The position numbers were made by a program, and so were the translations under genes. DNA of 64,000 nucleotides, from the NCBI GenBank assembly GCA_013265495.1, contig MU057477.1:62001-126000 (forward strand), given 5' to 3'. This DNA comes from Vicugna vicugna (lineage: Eukaryota). The notes under the pieces were generated by a model, which did no database searches, was not told where the DNA came from, and worked only from the letters and a program-made list of their open reading frames with translations. Below are positions 51,561-62,899 of this stretch, one piece after another (position 1 is the first letter of the stretch; each line of letters begins with the position of its first letter).

Positions 51561-52849
51561 GCTTTGTCCAGACTCTTTTTTTATTTCTTCCCATTCACCT
51601 ACTACCGCCACCCCCAATAATCAAAACCATACTTTGCTCCATCCTACCTGCTCCTGAAAAATTTGTTTCTAGGACACAACTCTATTTCTAAACTCCATTA
51701 AGACTTATTGTCTCTGCCGTATACTTGACTGTCTTGTCCTCTAATTGTTATCCTGATGTCAGAAGAAAACAGAGAAATTGGGTTCCTTTAAGTTCCAGGA
51801 CTGTCACGTAATACTTCTTTTGAATTCCCACTGGCCTAAGCCAGTGATTGTACATGGTAAACTCCTAGTTAAGTATTAACTACTTTGAGTGGTTTTTGAA
51901 TTTTGTGTCGTGAGTTGACTCTGAAACCTAAATCTGTGTCCTTTACCCTCTTCTCAAGAGGTTTCTTACCCAGACTTGTCAGGGCTCAGCCTGCCTGAGA
52001 TACACCATCTTATTCAAATTCCGTGACATGGGCCATATCTATGACGTGGGAAGTACTCCAGAAAAGTCAGGTTACCACACATGTAAAATCTTGCTATCAC
52101 AGTGTGAAAATTGGATCATTCGTGTTCTTCTTTTGGTTCTGACAATCATGAGTCAGTTAAAGCTTGTCTCAGAGTATTATCTAGGGGGGAAAAGATCTCT
52201 CCACTTGTATAAAGGCAGTTACTGAGACAGTGAATACATTTTACACAACTGGCACAAGACCACTAGACCAGTCACTGACTCAGAAAGAGAACTCAAGGTA
52301 TCTTGCCAGCGAGCTTGTTTTCGTTCAGAACAGACAAGATGATACCGCTATTCTTTTGAAAGCTTTTTTATTCCTTCACATCTATGTTGCCCTCTTTTAG
52401 AAGGGGTTAAACTTAACTGTCCAGTAAACAATAGTTTGGCAAGAATACTAATTAAGGCAAAAACTACCAAGCATCTCAATAAAGCTCTTATTTCAAAAAT
52501 GACCAAGCACATAGATGCAGATGCAGCCATTTGCACCTGGATTTAGGTTTCTAGGGAGAGGATGTGTCTGAAAGATCAATGCTGAGCAAGTTGCTTTCTT
52601 TATGTTTCGCTCAATCACTACAAAGCTTCAATATACCCATTACATTTACAGTAAGTGGAGGAAAGGAGGGCTTAAGTATCTGCCCAAGGTTGCAGAGGCA
52701 GGGCTGGAATTAATCTCAGCTTTATCTAACTCCAAAGCCCAGTCTCTCCATTGAGCTTTTGCTTTCTAAACCAAAAATGGCAGCACCTGTGGCATATATT
52801 TAAAAGGCGTTCTAACTTGAGTTGACAAATGGATGCTGGGCTGGATAAT

Positions 52850-53046
52850 TGTGACTAGCAGCAACCCAGTGCCAAAATGTGTGCTTGACTGCATGTATCC
52901 CTCTTCACCCAAATCACAGATATTCTGACCTCCCCTCCACCTCTTCAGAGCAGTTCCACAGTCTCCCAGGCTATAGCCCTCATTTTGCCCCAATTAAAAC
53001 TAAGTCACAACTCTCATGTTGTGCTTTTTTTTTTTTTCAGTCAACA
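52850..53046 (+). mobile_element. ERV LTR 3' portion (ERV1-class, artiodactyl type)
   Basis: GTCTCCCAGGCTATAGCCCTCATTTTGCCCCAATTAAAACT...CAACTCTCATGTTGTGC-T-run-CAGTCAACA, with a poly(A)-signal-like ATTAAA and CA terminus. Confidence 0.6.
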
Positions 53047-53739
53047 CCTTAAAGCCTTTTTTGAAACTTTGGGTAGATTTAGTCAGTACTGCTTGCATTA
53101 ATTATTTGACATGATAGGTACTTTGCAAAATTTGGTATCTCTGACAATCTCTGATAGCTCTGATAAGTGAATAATTGTGCTGTCTTTTAAAAGATTAAGT
53201 GATAGATTCAAGGATCTGCAAATGATATATTTCGAAGAGCTTTAAAAATTGAGGTAAAATTTACATACAGTGCAAAGCACAGATCTTAAATTGGATGTTT
53301 TGACAAAGGTATAATAAATCCACGTAATTCACTCCCCAACCAGTAGAATGGGAGATGTATTTATCATCCCTAAAAGTGTCCTGGTGCCTCTTTACAATCA
53401 CCTGGTCCCCAGGGGCCACTAATGTGCTCCGATTTCTGTTGCCACGCGTTGATACGTGTATTCAAAAACAAGCGCAGTAGTTAAGGTGGAAGAACTCAAT
53501 GCTCCAGTATTCTTTTAAAAACACAACTTTAACACTTACAGATTAGAATTTTTAAAATGTTATTTTAAATTAAATAACCACTTCTGGCTTCTGAGGAAAA
53601 AAAAGCAGCAGCAATTTACATGAATTATTCTCTTTTGAAACTCTCCAATGACCTTTGGGAAACCAAGTTTACAGCCCACCAGTTTGGCTACTTCTGTGAC
53701 TGACTTCCGTGGTCCCCCAGAAGACAATGGCAAGGGGTG

Positions 53740-54460
53740 GGGGGAGAAGTAATTGGGCTGCGCCTGCTCGCCCTTAAACCCAGGTCCCGACTGTGGGTGT
53801 GTGTGGTTGGGGGTCCGCGTCCCCTACCCGGGGCCCCCGGCCGGGTGCCCGTTTCCTGCCGGGTTTCCTGTCCAGCAGCCGGCCAGCCGGGCGCGGGCAG
53901 GAAAGGATGCGCTGCCCAGAACAGGCGGGGCAGCGCCAGCGGGCTCGCGGAGGCCCCCCGCCCGCCGGGGGCCGCCCCCCCCCGCGCCGTCGGGGGCGGG
54001 CCCGAGCGGGGCGGGGCTGCGGGAGCCGCGCGCGGAGCGTCAGGGCGCAGTCCCGGGACGCGGGCTGCCGCGTGCGCTGCTTCGCCGCTCCTGAGGCCGC
54101 TCGCCCGCTGCTCGCCTCGCCACCTGGCCCGCCGGCCTGCGCCGCCGCGCCCGCCAGTCCGACAGGTAAGAAGAGCCTTCCGGGAGCGACCTGGTGGCGC
54201 TTCTACCGCGGGCTCCACGGAGGCTCCTGGGACCCTGCCGCCCCACCCTCCCCGCCGCCGGGAAACACAGGTGGACCGTTCCCTCCATGCACCCGGTCCC
54301 TTTCCCTCGCTCTTTGGTGCTCGGCCCCCGGGGACACGGGTTAAAAAGATGTCATCTCCGCATTTCGGAGTCCCAAGTTCAACCTGAACCCGGCGCTGCC
54401 CTGGCGCAGGTGTGGCCGAGGGACTGAGGCTGACGGTAGAAGGGTGTTGAGTCCTAATAG
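53740..54460 (+). promoter_or_regulatory. THSD1: THSD1 CpG-island promoter and non-coding exon 1 (donor after 54165)
   Basis: CpG island with GC boxes (53993, 54008), two ETS-like TTTCCTG sites (near 53852 and 53864), strong donor CAG|GTAAGA at 54166. Confidence 0.8.
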
Positions 54461-57118
54461 TTGGAAACCCTTGACGAACGGCGTCTGGGAATCTAAGCGT
54501 TTCAGAACAGGTTTACTTCTTTCCATAAAGAAATCTTTTCTGGGATACAAACAGCATGAGATATATGTATTTCAAAACGGTCCTCATTTTAAGTAGGCTT
54601 TGTGCTGACGACAGCCGCATCACTAAATTTCTGAGCACGAACTTGACTTTCGGGCCTTGGGAAAGCTGAGCCCGTGTGGGGAGCTCACAGCCGAGAAGAG
54701 GTGAGGACGCTGCACCCGACTCATGGGACCAGGCACTGCCGACTCGGCCGAATTTATAAATATAGCCTGTTTACACGAGCTGCTTTGGAATTAGGGATTT
54801 CCTCCTAATAAATATTACTATTAGGTATTCACACGAGTGTATGCATGTTTGTCCGAAGGGACCACATCCCTTTGCTTCTTTTGTTTTTCCTTTTATTCTT
54901 TCATAAGTCAGTGGTCCCACGGACTTTAGCGTAATTCAGTTTCTTTTTCTGAAACTCTGAAGACACTGTAGGGGATACAGAAGCTGATTTCAGCGAGAAC
55001 AGGGGATTTGAGCTTGGCGTCAGGCCGTTAGCCATTGAGAATATTCACAACTTCCCCCGCCCTGTAGCTGATACATTTGGAATTCGTCTGTAAACGTTTA
55101 TGTACGTGAATGGTATATAGAAGGTTTTTAAAATGTATATAAAATATGCCTAAATTCTTATTTTCTCAAAATGGTTCTCAAGCCAAACATTGTAAATCGC
55201 CATTTGTGTTATTGGGAACAACCTGTTGGAAGAAAATAAGGAAGCAAGGTTTAAAAAGTAATTAAAGAAGCATGCTATCTTTTTTTTTTTAGGTAGTACT
55301 TTTTAACCCAGTATTCCATTCTGTTATGGGATGTTCTGTTAACATCTTCAAATTAGTGGTTGAGCCAGTAAAAAAAAAAAAAGTCATTTGTTTTCAAAAG
55401 CTGGAGAGCATTAAAAAAATGCATATGATGAAAACCATATTATAGTTTATAAAATAAACCAGCTTATTTTCAGGTAGGCTGGATTATTTTATAATTCTAT
55501 TTCCAATCAGTTCTAAATATAGATGATCACTGTCTATATTTAGAATATTGTCTATATTTAGAATAGTACTATTTATTGCTGTCTGTTCTGTCTTACTGGT
55601 TATTTTTGTAAGAAGGAAAATGTATTATAATCACAAAGTCAGTTGTGATTAAGAACTTCTTTAAAAAATGTTTGTCGTGGAGAAGCAAGCAATTCGGGAG
55701 AAGCCAGTTCAGCTTTTGGTAGCTGGGGATTGCTTGCTTCTCCTTACTTTGGTTACTGAGTATCAGTGACTTAAAGGAAGCTGTTAATTGCCTAAGTGCC
55801 CACACTTGCCCCGGAGGTATGATGATGCTCACCTGATGTCTTTGGCCAAGTTTCCCTGTTCACGTTCAAGGAAAGGATTAGGTCAAATCTATGTCCAATT
55901 TCAACAAAACTGAATTTCCTTTTTTTGTTGTGGAGGGTGGGAGCCCTAATAATCTGCATAATTACACTTCATATCTCTGCTTCTCTTTGAGGAAGTACAA
56001 TATTTCCTTTGTTCAACTGACTCCTACAGAAAGAAAGCTCATAGAGACACACCAATTTCCTTTCCATTGAATTTTTGATTATTTCAATCAGTCTTCTTAA
56101 TTCCCTGAATGTCTGTCTTATCCGAAAGGATGTGACATATATATATTTGGAGTATAATATACTTATTAAAGATAGATTAACTGTGGATAATGGGGGAATG
56201 TAAACATTAAGAAAATATATATTTGGTTATGTTCAGTGCCCCATAGTTTACTAGACTCAAGTATGGAAAAAAAAAACTAGCATATGAATGCCCTGCATCC
56301 TATTTGTTGTCTAATAGTCTATATCAAAGTAAGTGCCTCTTCCCACAAATCATTCTGAACCACTGGCCATCAAGGTCTTTCCTGCCCTCCTAGGTGGCCT
56401 GGGAAGATTGCTACATGAAATCATCTATCTCCTGATACATGCCAACAGCAATGAGTGTTGGAAGACTGACAGAAGATGATAGCTTGTTGTTTATCTGTTT
56501 TCTCTTTTGAGTGCCCTAACCAAGGAGTCAGGGCCATATGGAGTTCACATTTAATTGCAATACTTTGGGTATCTTTTTTTTTTTTAAGATTCGATAGTTT
56601 TGATATCGCTCCTAGGCATTAAGAAATGAAGCAATCCAGATAACACACCAGTTGTGCAAGAAAGACAGTGTTAATAAACCCATTTGTGGAAGCAAGGCAG
56701 GTCTACACAGCATGATGCAAAATGAAAAATCTTAGTAAGCTGATCAGTGTGAAATGCCAAGCATTTAAATATGTGAAGATAGATTTTCCAGATTGGCTAT
56801 CAGCTTTGATGAAACTAAACAAAGAATAACTAACTCTCCACTTAAGGACCTGCTGTAGAGATTAAGAGACTTGGTGTTTGCAAAGATAATCTTGGTGTTG
56901 GGCAGACCTGAATGTTCTTAGCAGGTGAGCTGTATTGGAAGGAAAGGGATATGTACAATTACAGATCACTTCCCAGGGGGAACGTTAATGTCCTTGCTGT
57001 TTTCTTTTCAGTATTAACTAGGAAGTTTGACTTCTGAGAATGGTTTTGTCATTTCAGGATTACTATTTTATGAATCACATTGAACAGAGCCAACATTTTT
57101 TTGAGGTTCTAATTTCAG

Positions 57119-57257
57119 GTGTTCTTGAAAAAAAAATTCACAATTTGGATGTGAGAAAGGACATGAGGAGACCAAGGACCTGGGATTTTGCTGATCAGAA
57201 TGAAACAAATGTTGAAAGACTTTTCAAATCTATTGTTGATGGTGCTCTGTGACTATG
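57119..57257 (+). CDS. THSD1: THSD1 exon 2 (81 nt 5'UTR, ATG at 57200)
   Basis: ttctaatttcag|GTG...ATG AAA CAA ATG TTG...TAT G|gtgagt. Confidence 0.88.
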
Positions 57258-60200
57258 GTGAGTGTTGTGAGTGTACTTCATGCTGTGGGTACCAATGAGC
57301 AAACATAAATGTGAAGTTTGTAAATGCATTGATGTTAATGACCCTACATGAAAGAGGCAGGCAGGGACTACAGTGCAGTGCCTTTTAAACTGTGATTCTT
57401 GCAACCCTGGGTTCTCTTAAGGTTCTGCATTTTTAATTCAAATTTAACTCTAAATGTATTTTTAAGTCTTTAAAAAAAATCTAACTCATTTCACAAATTG
57501 GAGACAAGCATGTTGCCCTGAGTTCTTTTTGATTGAGTTCCTAGTATTTCACTATTATACATTAAACTGATCACTCACACACATGCATGAAGTGATGTAT
57601 TATATATTGGGGTTCTACATCAGATTTCACTTGACAAGTATTTGCTGCTAGAATATCTTTGGAATGAATCTGAATTTCAGTCCTTGCCAGTTGTGTGCCT
57701 TAGGCTACTTTCTAAATCTCTTTCAACCTTAGCAATGATATTGACTTCACAGGGTTGTGATGATGATAAAAAAAGAAATAAAAAATGTGAAACATAGTGA
57801 ATGTCTAAGCACATAGTAGGTGCTTAATGTTAGTTTTCTTCATTCAGTTTGATTCACCTAAAAATTGAGTTCATTCTTCAGAGTTTTATGCAACTAATAA
57901 ACCAATAGACTCAAACATATAATACCCACTGGTTTTTTTGATTATTTCTAAATATTTCATAGACATCTAAGCATTTGATGGTATAAAAATGGAAATTGTT
58001 TTCAAATTGATGAAGAAATTATCATCCAAGAAACAGAGGATCCTGGCTCATATAATACCAGTTAGATGGACCAGTCTGTGTAACTGTTCCTTTTGTCCAG
58101 CGAATCTCCCCCCTCAGTCTTTTATTTTTTAAGAAGTTTGTTTAAACCACAAGACACTTGATTTGCAGAAAACCAATCTGGGATTCATTTCTTTTAAAGT
58201 CCTGTATCCCTACTTAAAAACAGATTGCTCTACATATAATAGCCTCATACACAACATTTATAAAAGGGTACTTTGTTTCATAATGATAAAGACATCAAAG
58301 TTTTCCATTTAAACAGTCTGCAAGGATGTTTGTTATTGCTGAGAGCAAAGTATCTTACTGGAATATAAAAATAAAAGCTGAGCATAAAGTAGAGCATAGA
58401 AGGTGAGTGCAAAGGCTACTAGTGGAAAAAGTGGGATTTTCATAGACCTGTTTTTTTTCCCCCTACTCCATTTGATACTGATCAAAATATACCCTTACCA
58501 GTGAGTTTTTTTTTGTAAAGCAACATGCTTATATTGAAACGCCAGTTCCTTTAAATACAACAAAGAAATGGTGAGAGAGGAAATGCAAGAACAGAGAAAA
58601 TACACTGTAGTAGTCAGGATGTGGTACAACCAAATTGTAGCTTTCTGGATGAGAATGTATTCTTGCCTCTAAAAACAGGAGTTGGAGAAGAAAGCAGCAG
58701 GTTCCCTCTTCAGTGCACACTTTCTATCTGCTGCTGTTGGACCCATCAGTTATATCTTTTCCCTCCATTTCCAGTGGGGCATGTATGTCTCTTTCATTGA
58801 CTGGCTGCCCGTCAAATCTGATCAGCCTCGTTGATAACCCTGTCACTGGCAATACAGTTTCATTAGTTACCTAAGTGCTGTATGTCTGTTAGTCTTAAAA
58901 TGTATTCACAGAACCATTCTGCCCCATCAGATGCAAATGAAAATGTTCTCAGTCCTGACTCCTTCCCTGGGCTGCAGTGAGCTCTTCAGCCACCTGTTCA
59001 CAGAAGGGTACCCAGTCCACTCTGAACCAGCACACGAGCTGCACCCAAAGCAACCACCTTCCTCAATTTTCAGTTGCCTACACCCAAAAGGGGGTATCCC
59101 TCAATTTCTGTATCAACTAAGTTAAAAAAAAAAAAAGAACTTTATCCTACTGTGGTTTTCAAGCAAATGGTGTTTAAGCATTCAGTTCTATCCAACTTTT
59201 ATATATTTTATTTCATCTCATCTTAAATAAGAAATGGATGAACAGCTCAGCTCATTAAAACAAACTGACCTTTATGTGCCAGCATTTTCATGCGTTGATT
59301 CTAATAATCATTGATTGAATATATGTAAGGGTATATTTAAAGACTGTCAGGGGGAAGGTATAGCTCGAGTGGTAGAGTGTGTGCTTAGCATGCACAAGGC
59401 TCTGGGTTCAATCCCCAGTATCGCCATTAAAAAAATAATTAAATAAATAAACCTGATTACCTCCCCCACCAAAAACCACTCAAACAAAACCAAAATTAAG
59501 GCTGTCAACTCATGTGACCCATTGAGGTCCTTTGGACTTATGAAATTTATGCGTTATTATTATATTAATATACCATTGTGTTGTATTATATCATTATGTA
59601 CATATAAGAAGACTAATAAATTCATACTTACATATGTTGTTTTTCAAACCAAAGGGCCCTGCAGTTCCTTAAATCTAGAATGTTTCTTGCCCTAGCTACG
59701 GCCAGCTGATTGTTGCATTGCCAAATTCTGTCTCTTTTGATATGTATTTGGATAGGGTTCAACATAGAAACAAGGATTCTTGTGTGTCTGCTTTCTGCTC
59801 TTTACTTCGGCGACTCTGATGGGTCTCTTTTTAGAAAAAAGATATGATTGAGCCTAAGTGAGTGGTACTTGTGGGCGAGCACTCATCTTTCCTACTAGGC
59901 CAACAACAGTTACTGTAACGTCATTAAAATCACCAAGGACAAGCTTAGCGTTTCCATAAACGTTCACTCTGTCCCTTGGATAACACATGCAGAATAGAAT
60001 GTTAGCATTTCTTAGTCATCTAAAAATGTCTGCCTCATACAAATGGAAGGCACTGGTTCCTTTACTGGTGACATGGCTTAAGCACTTGTCTTGAATATCA
60101 GAAAATAGTCACAAGTTCAATTGGTCATTGAACAACGTGGGGTTTAAGAGCAGAGTTCATCTTCTGCATAGGAGGAAATCCTGGTGTAACTTACAGCCGG

Positions 60201-61785
60201 CCCTCCGTGTCTGCTTTTCCTCTATTTCTGCATTTTGCATCTGTGGATTCAACCAACCACAGATCGACTAGTAGTGTAATATTTACTATTGAAAAAAATC
60301 TGCATGTAAGTAGACCCATGCAGTTCAAACCCACATTGTTCAAGAGTCAACTGTGTATTTAGGGTCTTCCATTTTTAGTAATCTAGAGCGGTGTGTACTG
60401 CATCATTTAAGTCAAGCTTTCTCTTACTTCACTGTAAGTCCATTTCCCCCAAATACCTTAACACTACAGTATGACTAAAGGGAGAAAAGCGAAGTGTTGA
60501 GATTTTTATCTTAAGAATTTTCAGGTGTTACTCTTTTCATCACAGATATAATACATTATTGAATATTATGGATTCAGAGCATTTATCACTAATTCATTAT
60601 TTTAAATGTAACCCCATTTAAAGATGAAGAAACAAAGCCACTTTAGAATGGAAACAGCCCAGGGTCTAGCTCCCAGGGTCAGCACTCGGCATCCTTTCAT
60701 ATCACCCTTGGCTCAGTTCAAACTTCTCTTGTGTCTCAAATGTTGTTTTCATTGATGTCACCAAAATAGTACTGCTCAGATACATCTTTTTAAAACCCAC
60801 TCTGACCATTTCCTTTCAGTTCTTGGAGAAGCTGAATATCTCCTCTTGGGGCAGCCGGGCCATGTAGCGCTAAGCAACAGCACAGTGTCTGTGGATTTCC
60901 AGTATTTTGATGGTGCCAATGGGACACTGAGGAATGTCTCGGTCCTGCTGTTGGAGGCCAACACCAATCAGACTGTTACCACCAAATACCTCTTGACCAA
61001 CCAGTCCCAGGGGACGCTCGAGTTTGAGTGCTTTTATTTCAAGGAGGCCGGCGACTACTGGTTCACGATGACTCTGGAAGCGACAAACAGCAGCACCCCA
61101 GGCCCCTGGCGGGAGCAGAGCGCCTTTCTGAAGGTGGAATGGCCCGTCTTCCACATTGACCTGAACAGGACATCCAAGGGTGCAGAAGGCACCTTCCAGG
61201 TGGGGCTTTTTACAAGTCAGCCCCTGTGCCCATTCCCCGTGGACAAGCCCGACATCTTGGTGGATGTCATCTTCACCAACAGCCTGCCTGAGGCGAGGCT
61301 GAGTCAGGGACAGCCCCAGGAGATAAGAGCCAGCAAGCGGGCGGAACTCTCTCAAGGTCAGTGGGTTGAGTTTGGCTGTGCATCCGTGGGGCCCAGAGCC
61401 TTCGTCACCATAGTGCTGAAGTTGCTCGGCCGAGACTCGGTCATTACCTCCACGGGCCCCATTGACCTGGCCCAGAAATTCGGATACAAACTGGTGATGG
61501 CGCCGGAACTCACGTGTGAGTCTGGGGTGGAGGTGATGGTGCTACCCCCGCCATGCATCTTCGTCCAAGGGGTGATTACCGTCTTCAAGGAAGCCCCCAG
61601 ACGCCCTGGGGAAAGGACCGTTCAGCTGGCTGAAAACAGCCTGACCTTGGGAGAGAGGCGAACAGTATTCAACTGCACTTTGTTTGACATGGGGAGGAAT
61701 AAATACTGCTTTGACTTTGGCGTTTCAAGCAGAAGCCAGTTTTCCGCAAAAGAGGAGGAGTGCATGCTAATTCAGAGAAATATAG
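57200..61785 (+). CDS. THSD1: THSD1 (thrombospondin type-1 domain-containing 1), 5' partial; join(57200..57257,60820..61785), continues beyond the right edge
   Basis: Signal peptide MKQMLKDFSNLLLMVLCDY|VLGEAEYLLLGQPGHVALSN...FECFYFKEAGDYWF...KVEWPVFHIDL...FNCTLFDMGRNKYCFDFG...CMLIQRNI; phase-1 junctions; many N-X-S/T sites; overlaps the 316-aa ORF 60846..61796. Confidence 0.94.
59350..59495 (+). mobile_element. tRNA-Ala-derived SINE (Vic-1-like)
   Basis: Intact A/B boxes, tail ACCTGATTACCTCCCCC; TSD TTAAAGACTGTCA / TTAAGGCTGTCA. Confidence 0.85.
60118..60353. mobile_element. Tigger2/MER8-like MITE (second copy)
   Basis: Same internal motifs (CGGCCCTCCG, TTCAACCA, GCAGTTCAAACC) and TTGTTCAAGAGTCAACTG terminus as 1386-1611. 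Confidence 0.7.
60820..61785 (+). CDS. THSD1: THSD1 exon 3 (966 nt)
   Basis: catttcctttcag|TTCTT...AATATAG|gttggt; open throughout. Confidence 0.93.
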
Positions 61786-61964
61786 GTTGGTATTGAGATT
61801 TAAAAATAATTTTATTGAATTGGTGCCTTCATGCAATCAAAATTATTGAGTATAAGTGAATTTGATTGTCTGTGAACTGTACCGTCATTTTTATGGTTCA
61901 CTCCTCATAATGTCCCGAATGACATTAGCATCCTTGTCTGAAAATGAAGAATACTGGTAAGCAT

Positions 61965-62140
61965 ACCCAGCTCACTGCTGCTTAACCTCTCCAGGTCTCA
62001 GTTTCCCCATCAATGAAGTGGGGATAATAAGAATATCTGCCTCAGAGAGTTCTGAGCATTGAGTGAAATCAGTGTGTACAGTTCTTAGTATAGTGTCTGG
62101 CATATGGGAAGGACTCTAAACGTCAGCGATTATTACGTTG
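61965..62140. mobile_element. MIR SINE fragment
   Basis: CTTAACCTCTC..GTCTCAGTTTCCCCATC..TGAAGTGGGATAATAA core; similar MIR relics at ~4940-5215, 11890-12000, 29490-29690, 44550-44700 and 45050-45265. Confidence 0.65.
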
Positions 62141-62899
62141 TATTTTAAAAACTATGTTATTGCATCATATGGCAAGTCCATGGCAGATATGACCAGAATT
62201 CAGAGCTAAAACTCCAACTGTATCTAGTAGCGTCCCACTTCCTCGAGGTGAGCCTGTCTCGTTCTTTGACATCCTTCATTATAAGAATGCAGCCTCTCTA
62301 GTGAGATTTCAAAGGAAGATTTCTAAGAACTTCTTCAGACTCTGAGTTCCTTGCATAATGCCCTGCCTAATCACAAAGAAGTCGGGTTATTACAATTCCA
62401 TCCATGCCCCATGCTCCTCTTTGCATTTCTTTCCCTTTTCCTGGGTGTAAGCCTGGTCTTGGCAAGAGGTTAACCCGGCAGAGATTGTCTGGCTCACTTA
62501 CACGTGCTCTTACCTACAACCCCACTAAGCCCAGGGCTCCCAGACGGTCCAAGCCTCCAAGCATCCAAATTCACCCACTTCTCTTTAGAAGTCCCTCTTC
62601 CTTGACTCTCTCCCCACCCACTGGCTGCTTCCTGCTTGCACTTGCCTCTCCAGCCGAGATCCCATGGCCCAACCCTTTAATCACTCTCCTACCCACACTC
62701 TAAACTCCTCACCCTGTCGTCCTTCCCATGCACCCGCCGGGCACACCCCGGCTCTGTGTGGACCCTGCCAGCCACCCGCCCACTGCTCCCAGGCCGACTG
62801 GGGCCACTGTGGGTGGATCATGCCTGCACCCTCAGCGGGGCCAGTGAGGGGCCCTGGCGCTGGTGCTCCCGTCCTCAGCTCTTTCAGCCCCTCTCTCCT

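Noticed and set aside
53688..54427. 176-216 aa ORFs at the THSD1 promoter
   Set aside because: Low-complexity GC-rich frames with non-ATG starts; exon 1 appears non-coding
60870..61588. 161-aa and 76-aa ORFs antisense to THSD1 exon 3
   Set aside because: Shadow frames of a GC3-rich coding exon; no independent promoter or splice support
259..61785. U12-type or non-canonical introns
   Set aside because: All reconstructed donors are ordinary GT; none matches GTATCCTT or ATATCCTT
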